Shown: positions 1 through 11,419 of the stretch, piece by piece
Position numbering within the stretch: position 1 is the first letter of the stretch
Layout of the letters: the number at the start of each line of letters is the position of its first letter
Source: Massalongia carnosa
Taxonomy: Eukaryota
Reading direction: 5' to 3'
Assembly (NCBI GenBank): GCA_965645245.1
Contig: OZ287073.1
Location: 682,001 to 746,000, forward strand
DNA: 64,000 nt
Notes under the pieces: model-generated
The model's input: the letters and a program-made list of their open reading frames with translations, nothing else
Databases searched by the model: none
Told to the model about the DNA's origin: nothing
Program-made: the position numbers and the translations under genes

Positions 1-1771
1 TGGCTCACGGCGTTCAATACTCGATACGGTCAATTTAAATATCTTGTGATGCCTTCGGACTATGCAACGCTCCATCAACATTTCAGAGCTATATCAATAA
101 CTCCCTGCGAGAATACTTAGATTATTTCGTCACCGCCTATCTGGACGACGTACTGGTGTTCAGTGAAACAGAAACGGAGCACATCGAGCAGGTACTGAAG
201 GTACTTCGTCGTCTGAAAGAAAGAGGACTTCAACTGGACATAGACAAGTGTGAATTCTCTGTCTCCGAAGTCAAGTACCTCGGAATGTTCGTGGGGGTAA
301 ATGGCGTTAGAATGGACCCAGAAAAGGTGACGGCCATACTAGAATGGAAGACGCCCGCGTCAGTAAAAGAGGTGCAGTCCTTTCTTGGATTCGCTAACTT
401 CTATCGTCGCTTCATTGAGCGATTCTCCGAAAAGGTGAAGTGTCTGACCGAGCTAACCCGCGGAGAGCAATATGTCACGAAAGGCGGAAAGAGACGCACC
501 AAGTATCAAGACTTCGTGTGGACCACTGAATGTCAGCAAGCTTTCGAAGACATGAAGATTTCTTTTACCTCTGCGCCGATTCTTGCTCATTACGACCCAA
601 GGCTAGAGACCTGGGTGGAGACAGACGCATCTGACTTCGTAGTATCGGGGATACTCTCTCAGATGCATGAAGGCGTTCTGAAACCCGTGGCTTATTTCTC
701 GAAGAAGATGAGCCCCGCCGAATGCAATTATGAGATCTACGATAAAGAACTCCTAGCCATCGTAGAAAGTTTCGTCATCTGGAGACCGGAGCTAGCGGGA
801 GTGGAGCAATCAACAAAGGTCTACTCAGATCATAAGAATCTGGAGACCTTCATGACTTTGAAACAACTAAATCGCCGTCAAGTGCGTTGGGCTGAGATGC
901 TGGCGGAATATAATTTTCGCATTATGTATAGACCAGGCAAGCAAGGGGGCAAACCGGACGCCCTCACCAGAAAAGAGCAAGATCTGCCGATGGACGCGGA
1001 GGATGATCGCACCAGATATCAATATCAGGTGCTGCTAAAAGAAAATCAGCTGGACGATGAAGTGAAACAGGACCTGAAGCTGTACGTGACAACCAGATCC
1101 ATGGCCAATCGAGAACGGGTTGAAGACAACATTACTACTGACTCATCCGATCAAATCAGGGATGAGGAAGTAGAGGACTTGACGGTAGAGGAGTTCACAA
1201 TCAATTCGAATGATGATTCGGATGCAGAAAAGCCTGATGAATTATTAGAAAATCTTTTAGCGGAGGCATATCAAGAAGACGCAATGATTCAGGAAGTCAT
1301 GAAGGCTAAGTTGGAAAATCTGAAGAAATTGCCCGATAAAATTCTAAGCAACGGGCTGAGACTGGCGATGGGTGACTTGGAAGTCCGTCACGAAAGACTA
1401 TACTACAAAACACGCCTCTTCATTCCGAATTTCGACAAGCTGAAGCTGCGTCTTTTATCGGATCATCATAATCCCCCGATGCAAGGACACCCCGGGTATC
1501 GAGGCATGTATACCAAAATGCTGGAGAACTATTTCTGGATGTCCATGAAGGATGATTGTCGAAGATACGCTACTAACTGCTCTACATGCCGAAGGTCCAA
1601 GGCGTACAACGATCAGAAACAGGGACTATTAGCCCCACTACCCATACCTCAAAGAAAATGGACAGACGTATCTCTGGACTTTGTAGTCAAACTGCCCAAA
1701 TGTCACAGACGGGGCCGGACGTACGAAAATATCTTGGTTATCGTGGACAGATTGACCAAACGTAGGTTGTA

Positions 1772-3096
1772 CAAATCGGGTCTAGGAAGTCAGCAAACAC
1801 TTCGCTTAATTTCCCCTCATATAAATTCCCCTCTTACTTCACCCTCCCCTTTCTCCATCAATTTTCATCTGATCAACGAAATGCCTTCCAAACCCAAGAC
1901 GGCCAGACGTGAACATTCGTCTGAAACCATTGCTATCGTTGTAGCTCTTCATGAAGTCCACTATTCCTATGCTGAAATAGCCCGTCAAGTTCGGCTGGCC
2001 CGTTCCACCGTGGTCACCATAGTTCATAGAGCTAAGAGACAAGCCGACGCCTCTTCCGTTCCCAAAAAACGTACTGGTCGGCCAACCAAGCTAAATGTCC
2101 GTGCCAGACGGGCATTGATTCGCCATGTTGAGAAAAATCCACACGATAATTTTCTGGCCCTGACTACCCCTTCCAAATCGGGTCAAAAGCTCTCTCGCGT
2201 CACCGTACGAAAATATCTGAAGCTCGGTGGCTATTTCCGTTTCAGGGCTAGAAAAAAGCCGTTTCTATCAGCACGTCACAAAGCAATCAGGCTAAAATGG
2301 GGCAAGGAGCATAAGCATTGGACGGTAGGAGATTGGGGCCGAGTTATATGGACAGATGAAGCTACGTTTGAAACTGGTTTAGACACTCGCTCGTGCTACG
2401 TCACGAGACGAAAAGGCACGGCCATGGAGTCTAGATATCTGAAGCCTACATTCAAAAGCGGACGAAGCACTGTGAGCATCTGGGCTAGCATATGATTGGG
2501 TGAAAAAGGCCCTATGCTCGTTTTGAATAAGGGGAGACGAATGAATTCAGATATCTACATTGACGAGGTGCTAAGGCCTTTAGGGCTCTCGTTTTATGAA
2601 GCATGCTTGACTAGGCGAGGTTTGACGATCTGGATGGATGACGGAGCCAGCTATCATACTTCGAAAAAGGTGATTGATTGGGGGAGACGAAACGGGCTTT
2701 TACGCATGGATTGGCCACCTCAGTCACCCGATTTGAATCCCATTGAGAATCTCTGGCGTATTATCAAAATACGGGTCAGTGCCCGTAGTCACCAAATCCA
2801 TACAATTGAGGCCATGGAGCAGGCTATTCGGGAGGAATGGGAGCTGTTGACTGAGGAGGACTTCAGACGGTGCATTGAGAGCATGCCTGAGCGTATTCAC
2901 TTTCTTATTAAGGCTAAAGGGGGTTCTATTAAATACTGATGATTTAATCTTCTTCAGCATACAGTATTTGACGAAATATGAAGGTTTCAAAGCATCAAGT
3001 TGGAAATTGATTGATTGGGGTGATTTTCATCATTAGGGGTGAGGGGTAAAATGGGGGTGGAACGTGCGCTGTTCGGTCACTTCCTAGACCCGACTG
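1772..3096 (+). mobile_element. Tc1/mariner (DD34E-type) DNA transposon
   Basis: TA at 1770-1771 and 3097-3098; imperfect TIRs caaatcgggtctaggaagt / acttcctagacccgactg; host integrase frame is continuous when the element is removed. Confidence 0.92.
1881..2939 (+). pseudogene. Tc1 transposase with one internal stop (TGA 2493-2495)
   Basis: HTH region with GRP motif, WTDE, MDDGA, WPPQSPDLNPIENLW; the two ORF halves are in the same frame. Confidence 0.9.
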
Positions 3097-4191
3097 TACG
3101 AAGCTATGGTAGATATAGGCACGAAGGACGTACTAGAAGTCCTCAAACGTCGGGTCTTTTCAACATACGGCTTGCCAAACTCCATCGTCCACGATCGCGG
3201 GACGCAATTGACAGCCCATCTGTGAAAGCGAATTTGTCAGCGATTAGGAGTCAAATCGAAACCGTCCTCCGCGCATCATCCAGAAACAGATGGTCAAACC
3301 GAAAATGCGAATAAGGTTATGAAGAACTACCTGAGAGCATACGTCAGACATGCTCAAGACGACTGGGTGGACTACTTACCAGATGCCGAATTTGCAGTCA
3401 ATAATCATACGAACGCTTCAACCGGAATGTCCCCCTTCTTCGCTGATCACGGTTATCACCCTCGTAGTGGCTCGGAGCCGCCTCAGCCTTTTGACTCAAA
3501 TGTCACCGGACGCGCGGAACTGATGTCGGCAGACAAAATAACCGCCCGACAAGAAGCCATGACCAAATGGCTTATCGAGCACCTAACCTGGGCACAGGCA
3601 GATCAGATGAGATATGCCAATGAGTCGCGGGCCCCACATCCAGACTACAAGATAGGAGACATGGTATATGTCAACACCAAAGATTTCTCCGTCGACAAGC
3701 AGAGTCGCTCCCTGAGTTCCAAAAACGCGGGGCCATGGAAAATCATCCGAAACATAGATAACAAGGCCTATGAATTGGAAATTCCCGAACACTTGAAAAG
3801 AGTGGGGCTCACACCCATATTTCATCCATGGAAACTTCATCTGGCTCCTACGAACCCATTCCCCGGTCAACTTATTGAACCGGGTCCCCCGATACTGATT
3901 CAAGAAGACGCCGAATCCAGTCCTCATGAAGAATATGAAGTCCTCGAAATCGTCGAATGCCGTGAAACTAAGAAATACGGCACTCAGTATAAAGCAACCT
4001 CTATCGGCTCATGGGATGACTGGAACGCAAACCCACCTTGGCAGCCATGGACTGATTTCATTCGCGCCAAAGAAGAAATCAGAAAATTTCATACAGACAA
4101 TAAAGGAAAACCCAACGCCCCAAAGGATGTCCTATTCATGAATAACAGTCAACCATCGACGTCCGGAGCCGCCGTCTCAGAGGAGGGGTAG

Positions 4192-4403
4192 TGTCAGGGT
4201 CCTGAGGTCACCTGACATCAGACTAGTATCGATTAGGTAATGTGCTGAGGAACCGACTTTTCAGGGGTTATATAGAACTCCGCCCGAGTAAAGCTTTTAG
4301 ACTTCGTCTGAAGATTTTGGTGTAGAACTAGGCTATTGAAATTGAACTCGTTTTATCCCTCACAGACTCGAAAATTTCTACTCTGAAAACCCCTATTATA
4401 ACA
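4192..4403 (+). repeat. 3' LTR of element A
   Basis: TG...CA termini directly after the PPT; TATA-like tatatag at ~4269. Confidence 0.8.
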
Positions 4404-5227
4404 GATTCTTTTCTGTAATTTTTCTGTATCGCGTCTGTTTTCATAAAATCTTCTCTATCTTTTTTCTTGTATGATTTTCAAAATACGATTTATTTTCTTT
4501 TTTTCTGTCGACGTTTGTAGTATTGTTCGTTTATTTTATGACTGCTGTAACGGTTCAACCAGGCGTGTTACGAACGGCAGGACCTACAGCGAACATAACA
4601 GGAGTCCCAGTTATAGTAGAATAGTATAACGGATTACACCGCTCTAATCTTAGGCAACATATGACGTAGTGCTATTCACCTTATCTAACCGAAAACGGAT
4701 CTAGCACTATGTCATGAAATCGAACCAACCCGATCCAGAATCAATCCCGCAGATGAATCTGACTAAGCTCCCGTTCTTCTATTCAGCTTAGTCGGAATCT
4801 CATTAACTAAATCGAGTTTAGACCCCTCTCAACGGCTTCAGGTCAAAGCTGTACCATCACCATCAAAGCGTACCAACGACAGGAGAACCTCGTCTCCACC
4901 TTTTATCGTCAAACACCTCGTCAAACCTTCGTGCCGTACGTCTCCTAATAGGGGGAGATGAACACTGATCGAATCTTTATGCAAAGGGGTTCGAGACAAA
5001 TATAAAAGGAAGGACAAGTTAATTAGATAGTTGACTCCTTGTCCGACGTCTTGTATAGCAATCTATCACCTAGCTATAGCCTTATTAATAAAGACATCTT
5101 GATCACCCAATCCAATTCCTAGGAACATTAGTTCAATCCCCTGCCCAGTCCTTGACATTACGTCGGACCTACATCGAAAGGTGCCTTTCATAGCACTAGC
5201 CCCTGTCCCCCCTCATATTTCACCATC

Positions 5228-6421
5228 ATGTCTTCGTCTTCAGAAGAGATGACCGTCCCCCAAAATCCTCTCATCGACGAGAACGTGAAGTTGTTTCAAA
5301 ACCAGTTCCAAACCAATCCTGAAGCATTCGTCGCGGAAATACGACGACTTCAAGACGAGGTGGCACGGTTGCAGGCCGCCCCAGCTCCCGACCCCCCTAT
5401 ACCCACTCCAGCATCAACCTCGTCTCCCTCGTTCGTTCCGGCAATGGACCCTCAGATAGCTGCCCTCCTGCAGCTCCTTTTGACCCGGAATTCCGAGTCC
5501 AAAACCGATCTTCGTTCCGAAAAACTTCCCGACATCTCCGAGTACGATGGAGATGAAGCCAAGTTGGACTCCTGGGAACAGAGCCTGATTCAACGGATGC
5601 ACGTTAATCATGATCGATACTCCACCGATGCCTCCAAGATTGCATCCGCGGAGAATCGGCTCACCATCGGGAAACGAGCTCACAACCTTATGAATGCGTA
5701 TCGAGTGGATGGCATTTGTAGACTCACCACCTTCTCCGAATGGCGTTCTGCTCTTCGCCTAGCCTGCGGCAACCCCTTCGAACAAGAGGATGCCCGTAAG
5801 TACCTTCGAGAAACCCTCAAGCAGGGCTCTCTGAGTTTCGAAGAGTACAACACTCTCTTCTCTCAGAAAAAAGACCGATCCAGAATGGAAGACGCTTCGT
5901 TGATTGATGCCATGAAGGCAAACATCAACTACTCCGTTCAAACCGCGGCCGTCCACTACCGAGTCCCCGGCACCAATCTGGAGCCAATCACCTTCGACGA
6001 GCACGTCGCAATGTGGTTAAGCACGGACCGGAAAATCCGTCAGATCCGTCATCTGGCACCCAAGGCCACGACTCCGGCCACATCAGCTCCCGCCAATCGA
6101 AGAAACGGCACCAACCTTCCTGCTGCCCCTTTCCCCCGCACTGTCGTCACGGGCACGGTCACCCCATTGATCCCAACCCCCGCCTTCCCCCCAGCTGGAG
6201 ACCCCATGGACCTAAGTCAGGCCATGGCGGCTGTCAAAGGTCAGTCGTTGAAAACCGAGGGAGTAAGGAAGATCTGCGAGAATTGGAACCTGTGCTTCTA
6301 TTGCAAATTGCAATACCTCGGGTCGGCCTCCGACTGTCCAAATAAGCCTACCAAACGCCTTCGCAACATGGAAGTCGTCTCGACCCTCACTCCTGAGACT
6401 GAAGACTCGGGAAACGTCTAG
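5228..6421 (+). CDS. gag: Gag of element B
   Basis: 397-aa ORF after the LTR/PBS; KLPDISEYDG and GDPMDLS motifs; degenerate knuckle CFYC...C; homologous to the Gag at 18516. Confidence 0.88.
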   Translation: MSSSSEEMTVPQNPLIDENVKLFQNQFQTNPEAFVAEIRRLQDEVARLQAAPAPDPPIPTPASTSSPSFVPAMDPQIAALLQLLLTRNSESKTDLRSEKLPDISEYDGDEAKLDSWEQSLIQRMHVNHDRYSTDASKIASAENRLTIGKRAHNLMNAYRVDGICRLTTFSEWRSALRLACGNPFEQEDARKYLRETLKQGSLSFEEYNTLFSQKKDRSRMEDASLIDAMKANINYSVQTAAVHYRVPGTNLEPITFDEHVAMWLSTDRKIRQIRHLAPKATTPATSAPANRRNGTNLPAAPFPRTVVTGTVTPLIPTPAFPPAGDPMDLSQAMAAVKGQSLKTEGVRKICENWNLCFYCKLQYLGSASDCPNKPTKRLRNMEVVSTLTPETEDSGNV

Positions 6422-9400
6422 ACTCTGCGCATCGTCGCGCGCAGAGCCCTATTTTAATTTCTTCTTGTCTGTTAGCCAACTCGTTCTCTCCCCCCTTCAA
6501 TCAAACACTCGTTTTTCCGCAGCCTCCGCTTTGGAGCTGTTTGAAACCGAAGAAGCGTTTCGAGATAGCCACCTAGTGGTATCATGTATCTTACGTTTAG
6601 GTAGATCTCGAATTCAAGCTCTCAATCTGATTGATTGTGGTGCATCTGGCTATGCATTCATTGGCAAGAAGTTTGCGCAAACTCACCAAAATCCCCCTTC
6701 ATCCCCTCAAATACGCCCGACGCCTTGAAGGCTTCGACGGTCAGCCGGCTCTGACTGGAAATATCACTCATGTGGCCGAGGTAATCATGGACTTAAACGG
6801 ACATGTAGAAAGATTATTCCTTTTCGTAAGAGGACTGAAAACCTACCCCATCGTCCTGGGACACCCGTGGTTGCGACGACATCAAGCTCTCGCTGATTTC
6901 GAGTCCAACTCTCTCTCCCTGTCTTCCTCTTTCTGCCTGGCTCATTGTAGCCCTCATCCAGTCAAGGTGAAGGCCTACACGGGCGAGAAATTCCTATCTC
7001 CTGCGGAAAGTCAGGAAGTATGGGAATCGGAAAACTACTCGTCCAATAGTCAAATCCTGTCCGAAAAACCTGTCCTGTCCGATAAAACCACGCCGCGCGA
7101 TAGTAAGACAACTTCTCTCGAAAATCAGGACATCAGTCGTATCGAAAAAGCGATTGAACAGGGCGACTCACCGAAAATCCGATATCGAAGTCCCTCTTCG
7201 TATCGCACCTCCACTCAGCGACATGCTGCCCAGCAGAATCGCAATCCTCCTGTTTTGGACGTCTGTGAAATCGGCGCCCTCAACTTCAACTATCTCGGAC
7301 GAAAAAAGAGTCACGAGATGTTTGCTCTCTCCTTGAAAGAAATCGATCACTTTCTCAGCCTGACTCAACCTGAACCTAAGCCTGAACCCAAACCCGAATC
7401 TCGCCTTCGTCAAGAGACTGACTGGGCACACTCGAAACCAACCTACCAACCCAACCCCCGGTCCAGCCCTAGTGAAAAGAAATATCACTTAGCCCTGTTC
7501 CGTATGAACCAGGCTCTGACACAGTTATGTTCAGTGACCGAACCCGAACCTCAACCCTTGACACTGCAATCATCAGTGACCGCCGAAGAACTGAACGCTT
7601 ATCGTGAGCGAAAGAACGTCGACCCAGCCCCCCTTCTACCCAAACAGTATCACGACTTTCTGGATTCTTCTCCAAAAAAGAATCGGACGTCCTGCCCGAA
7701 CACCGACCCTACGACCATGCCATAAAGCTAAAAGAAGGCTCTCCAATCCCGAATCAAGCTCTTTATGGCATGAGTCGAACCGAAATCGAAGAACTCCGAC
7801 GCTACCTTGATGAGAATCTGTCGAAAGGCTTCATCCGAGCTAGTAAATCCCCCGCTGCCTCCCCAGTCATGTTCGTAAAGAAGCCAGGAGGAGGACTTCG
7901 CTTCTGTGTCGACTATCGAGGCCTCAATGCCATCACGATTAAGAATCGGTATCCGCTTCCCCTGATCACCGAAACCCTGAATCGCCTGAGTCGGGCTAAG
8001 ATATTCACCAAGCTTGACATTATTTCAGCGTTCAATCGGCTCCGCATCAAGGAAGGAGATGAAGAACTCACCGCATTCAGAACCCGTTTTGGCCTCTTCG
8101 AATCCCTGGTCCTACCATTCGGCCTCTGTAACGGCCCCGCCTCCTTTCAACACTTCATCAATGATACTCTTCGAGAGTATCTCGACGACTTTTGCACGGC
8201 CTATCTAGATGACATTCTCATCTACAGCGAAATTGAAGGCGAGCATGAAATCCACGTCAAACGTATCCTCATCAAGCTGAGAGAAGCCGGGCTGCAAGTA
8301 GACATCACCAAATGCAAATTTCATGTCACAGAAGTTGCCTATCTCGGACTAATCGTAACCACCGAGGGAATCAAAATGGACCCCGCTAAAATCGAAACAG
8401 TAACTCATTGGCCAATACCGATCAATATGAATGATGTACAAAGCTTTCTGGGATTTGCTAACTTCTATAGACGATTCGTATACGGCTTTAGTAAGATAGC
8501 CGGCCCACTGACGAATCTAACCAAAAAGGAGGTCAGCTTTCAATGGACTGACAAATGTCAACAGGCATTCGAAACTCTAAAAAAGCTTTCACCTCGGAAC
8601 TAATACTGATGCATTTCGATCCCGATCGTCCTATCATCGTGGAAACCGATGCTTCGGACTACGTCTCTGGTGGTATCCTTTCTCAGTATGACAACGAGAA
8701 CGTGCTTCGCCCCATCGCATACTTCTCCAAGAAACACAACCCGGCCGAATGTAATTATGAGATCTATGACAAGGAACTCATGGCCATCGTCCGATGCTTC
8801 GAAGAATGGAGACCGGAATTGGAAGGTTCTGCTCACCCCATCAGCGTTATCTCAGATCATAAGAATTTGGAATACTTCGCTTCAACCAAACAACTCAGTC
8901 GTCGTCAAGCTCGCTGGTCCGAATTCTTGTCCCGATTTGACTTTAGAATAGTCTATCGACCCGGAAAAGCTGGTGGAAAACCAGATGCACTGACTCGTCG
9001 CTCAGGAGACCTCCCTAAAGAGGGGGATGAAACTGATGAAAGACATAAACATCAGCATCAAACCATCCTGAAAACTCATAACCTGGGCGACGAAGTGGCG
9101 AAAAGTTTCTTATCCACGATTATCCTAGCCCCCGCGTTCATCGAACAGGATCCCGAGTCCGTTGAACATGATCACGAGTTCATTGAACCTGAACCACAGC
9201 TGGATCAGCCTGCCGACCAAACCAATCCTGGCCAAGACCCGACCGACGTCCCAACTCAGCTGTTATGGGAACAAGCGCTGGAACAGGATCAATTCTCTCT
9301 GAAAGTTCTAGACATGCTTCGCAATAATGTCAGATATCATAACGGCATTCAGCTAGCCGAATGTGAAGATAAAGAAGGGATTCTTTATTTTCGAAACCGT

Positions 9401-10798
9401 CGATACGTACCCAATTCGGATCGGCTCCGTCTCCGTCTCATTCAACAGGCACACGACAGCGTAGCAGGTGGCCATCCCGGTCGTTCCAAATGCTACGAAC
9501 TAATGAATCGATCATACTGGTGGCCCAGTATGCATCAAACCGTCAAACGATTCATTCGTAACTGTCACACCTGTAGACGATCCAAACCATCCCGCCAACG
9601 ATACCAAGGATGGCTACGCCCTCTGTCCCCACCCGAACGTCGATGGCGTGACGTTTCCATGGACTACGTAGGTCCGCTGCCTCCGAGCACCTTCATGGGT
9701 ATAACCTATCGTTATATCCTCGTATTCATCGATCGCCTTTCCAAGATGCGACATTTCGTCCCCACCACCTCCATGGAGGTAGAAGAGGCTGCTAACTCCT
9801 TCTACCAAAATGTATGGAAATTACACGGTCTCCCAGACGCCTTGATTTCGGATCGAGGCACCCAATTCACCTCCGATTTCTGGGACATCATGTGTAAACG
9901 GCTTAGAATTGATGCTAGGCTATCAACCAGTTTTCATCCCGAGGCAGATGGCCAAACCGAGAGGGCTAATGCAACCATGGAGCACTATCTTCGGGCATAC
10001 GTCAATTACATGCAAGATGACTGGGCCCAGTACTTACCCGGTGCCGAATTCTCCAGCAATAACACCGACTCCTCCAGCATTCTCGCCTCTCCCTTCCTGG
10101 CTAATTATGGACAACACCCCAGGGTAGGATTCGAACCCAAAGAGCCCCTTCCGCAAGACCTGAGCGCCCAGGGAATCGCTAACCTGATCGCCGCCAATCG
10201 ATTCGTAGACAAGATGCGAGACGTAGACACTCACCTACGAGAAGAGATGTTGATCGCGCAGGCCTCATACGAATCTTCCGCCAATGAGAACCGCCGTCCC
10301 TGTCCTCGTTATCTTGTAGGAGACATGGTGTGGCTGAACACCCGAAATATCCAGACAGCCCGTCCGGCAGCCAAACTGGACGATCGAAATGTCGGTCCTT
10401 ACCGAGTCTGTAAGGTGTTCGCCAACCCTCTTGTTGTTCAACTGGAACTCCCTGACACGGTTAAAATTCATCCGGTCTTTCATGTAAATCTGCTACAACA
10501 CGACGCAGACGACCCCCTCCCAGGACAAATTCCCGAGCTTCGCGACCCAATAATAGCCGAAGATGGACAGCGAGAATGGTATGTCAACAGCATTCTGAAC
10601 TCGAAACTGGACAGACGTTATCAACCTCCGCTTCTCAAGTATTTCGTCAACTGGGAAGGACATACCCCCACCTGGGAGCCATTTTACCTACTAACCAACT
10701 GTCAACAAGCTCTGGACGAATTCCACGAAGCCTATCCTGGTGCATCCGGCCCACATCTCACCCCCTGTTCCATTCCTCGATGTCGCTGTCATGAATAA
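6409..10798 (+). pseudogene. pol: pol of element B (PR-RT-RH-IN-chromo) broken by about four 1-nt frameshifts
   Basis: LIDCGA protease, YLDD, ETDASD, HHCC, integrase core and chromodomain spread over ORFs 6465, 6631, 7770 and 8555; colinear with the intact pol at 19793. Confidence 0.92.
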
Positions 10799-11419
10799 AA
10801 CTGCTTCGCAGGAGCTCAGCTCTTGAAAGGGGAGCTACTGTCATGAAATCGAACCAACCCGATCCAGAATCAATCCCGCAGATGAATCTGACTAAGCTCC
10901 CGTTCCTCTATTCAGCTTAGTTGCCTCAGTACCTCAGACGTGCGTGGCTCAATGAGCCGGCTAAGCCCCTCCGGGTTAGCCTATTTTCGCTAAGCCCCTT
11001 CGGGTTAGCGTCGCTGCTGACTAACATCAGTGCGATAGCACGTCTGAGCGCAAAACTCAAAATTACGGCCAGATCCGCGTAATAAAAATTTTAGCAGTGC
11101 AACCATTCCTTTTATGGATTTAATACAATGATTAGGGTCGTATTAGTTTACCAGAGACTGTATTTTATACCAAAAACGCACCTCTCAAGATGGATGACTC
11201 GATAATCATGTGTTATAACTACTGTCAGGCTAAGAAAAGCGATGTGAAAGTCGATTAAGTGATAAATTGTTCGCTTTCGCTCAATTTTGAGGTTGATGAA
11301 CTGATTATTTTCATGTGGCGCGATTACATTGAGTTACAAAGATCATGATGATATGAATAACGACGGCCAATCAATGGTATTGTATGATTTATCTAGATTG
11401 AAGCTATCTGACGAAAGCC

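Larger units (their letters stand above)
1..4191 (+). pseudogene. pol: pol of element A (RT-RNaseH-IN-chromo), disrupted
   Basis: Frameshift before 156; Tc1 inserted at codon Y of KRRLY/EAM (1770-3098); in-frame TGA near 3223; resumes in ORF 3319-4191. Confidence 0.88.
1..4403 (+). mobile_element. Ty3/Gypsy chromovirus 'A' (5' part outside the window), interrupted by a Tc1 element
   Basis: RT (YLDD near 138-149), RNase H (VETDASD), integrase HHCC and core, C-terminal chromodomain-like segment in 3319-4191. PPT agaggaggggtag is followed by an LTR tgtcagg...ataaca at 4192-4403. Confidence 0.92.

Noticed and set aside
156..2495. 779-aa ORF as a single genuine gene
   Set aside because: It is Gypsy pol read through a Tc1 insertion bounded by TA duplications and TIRs.
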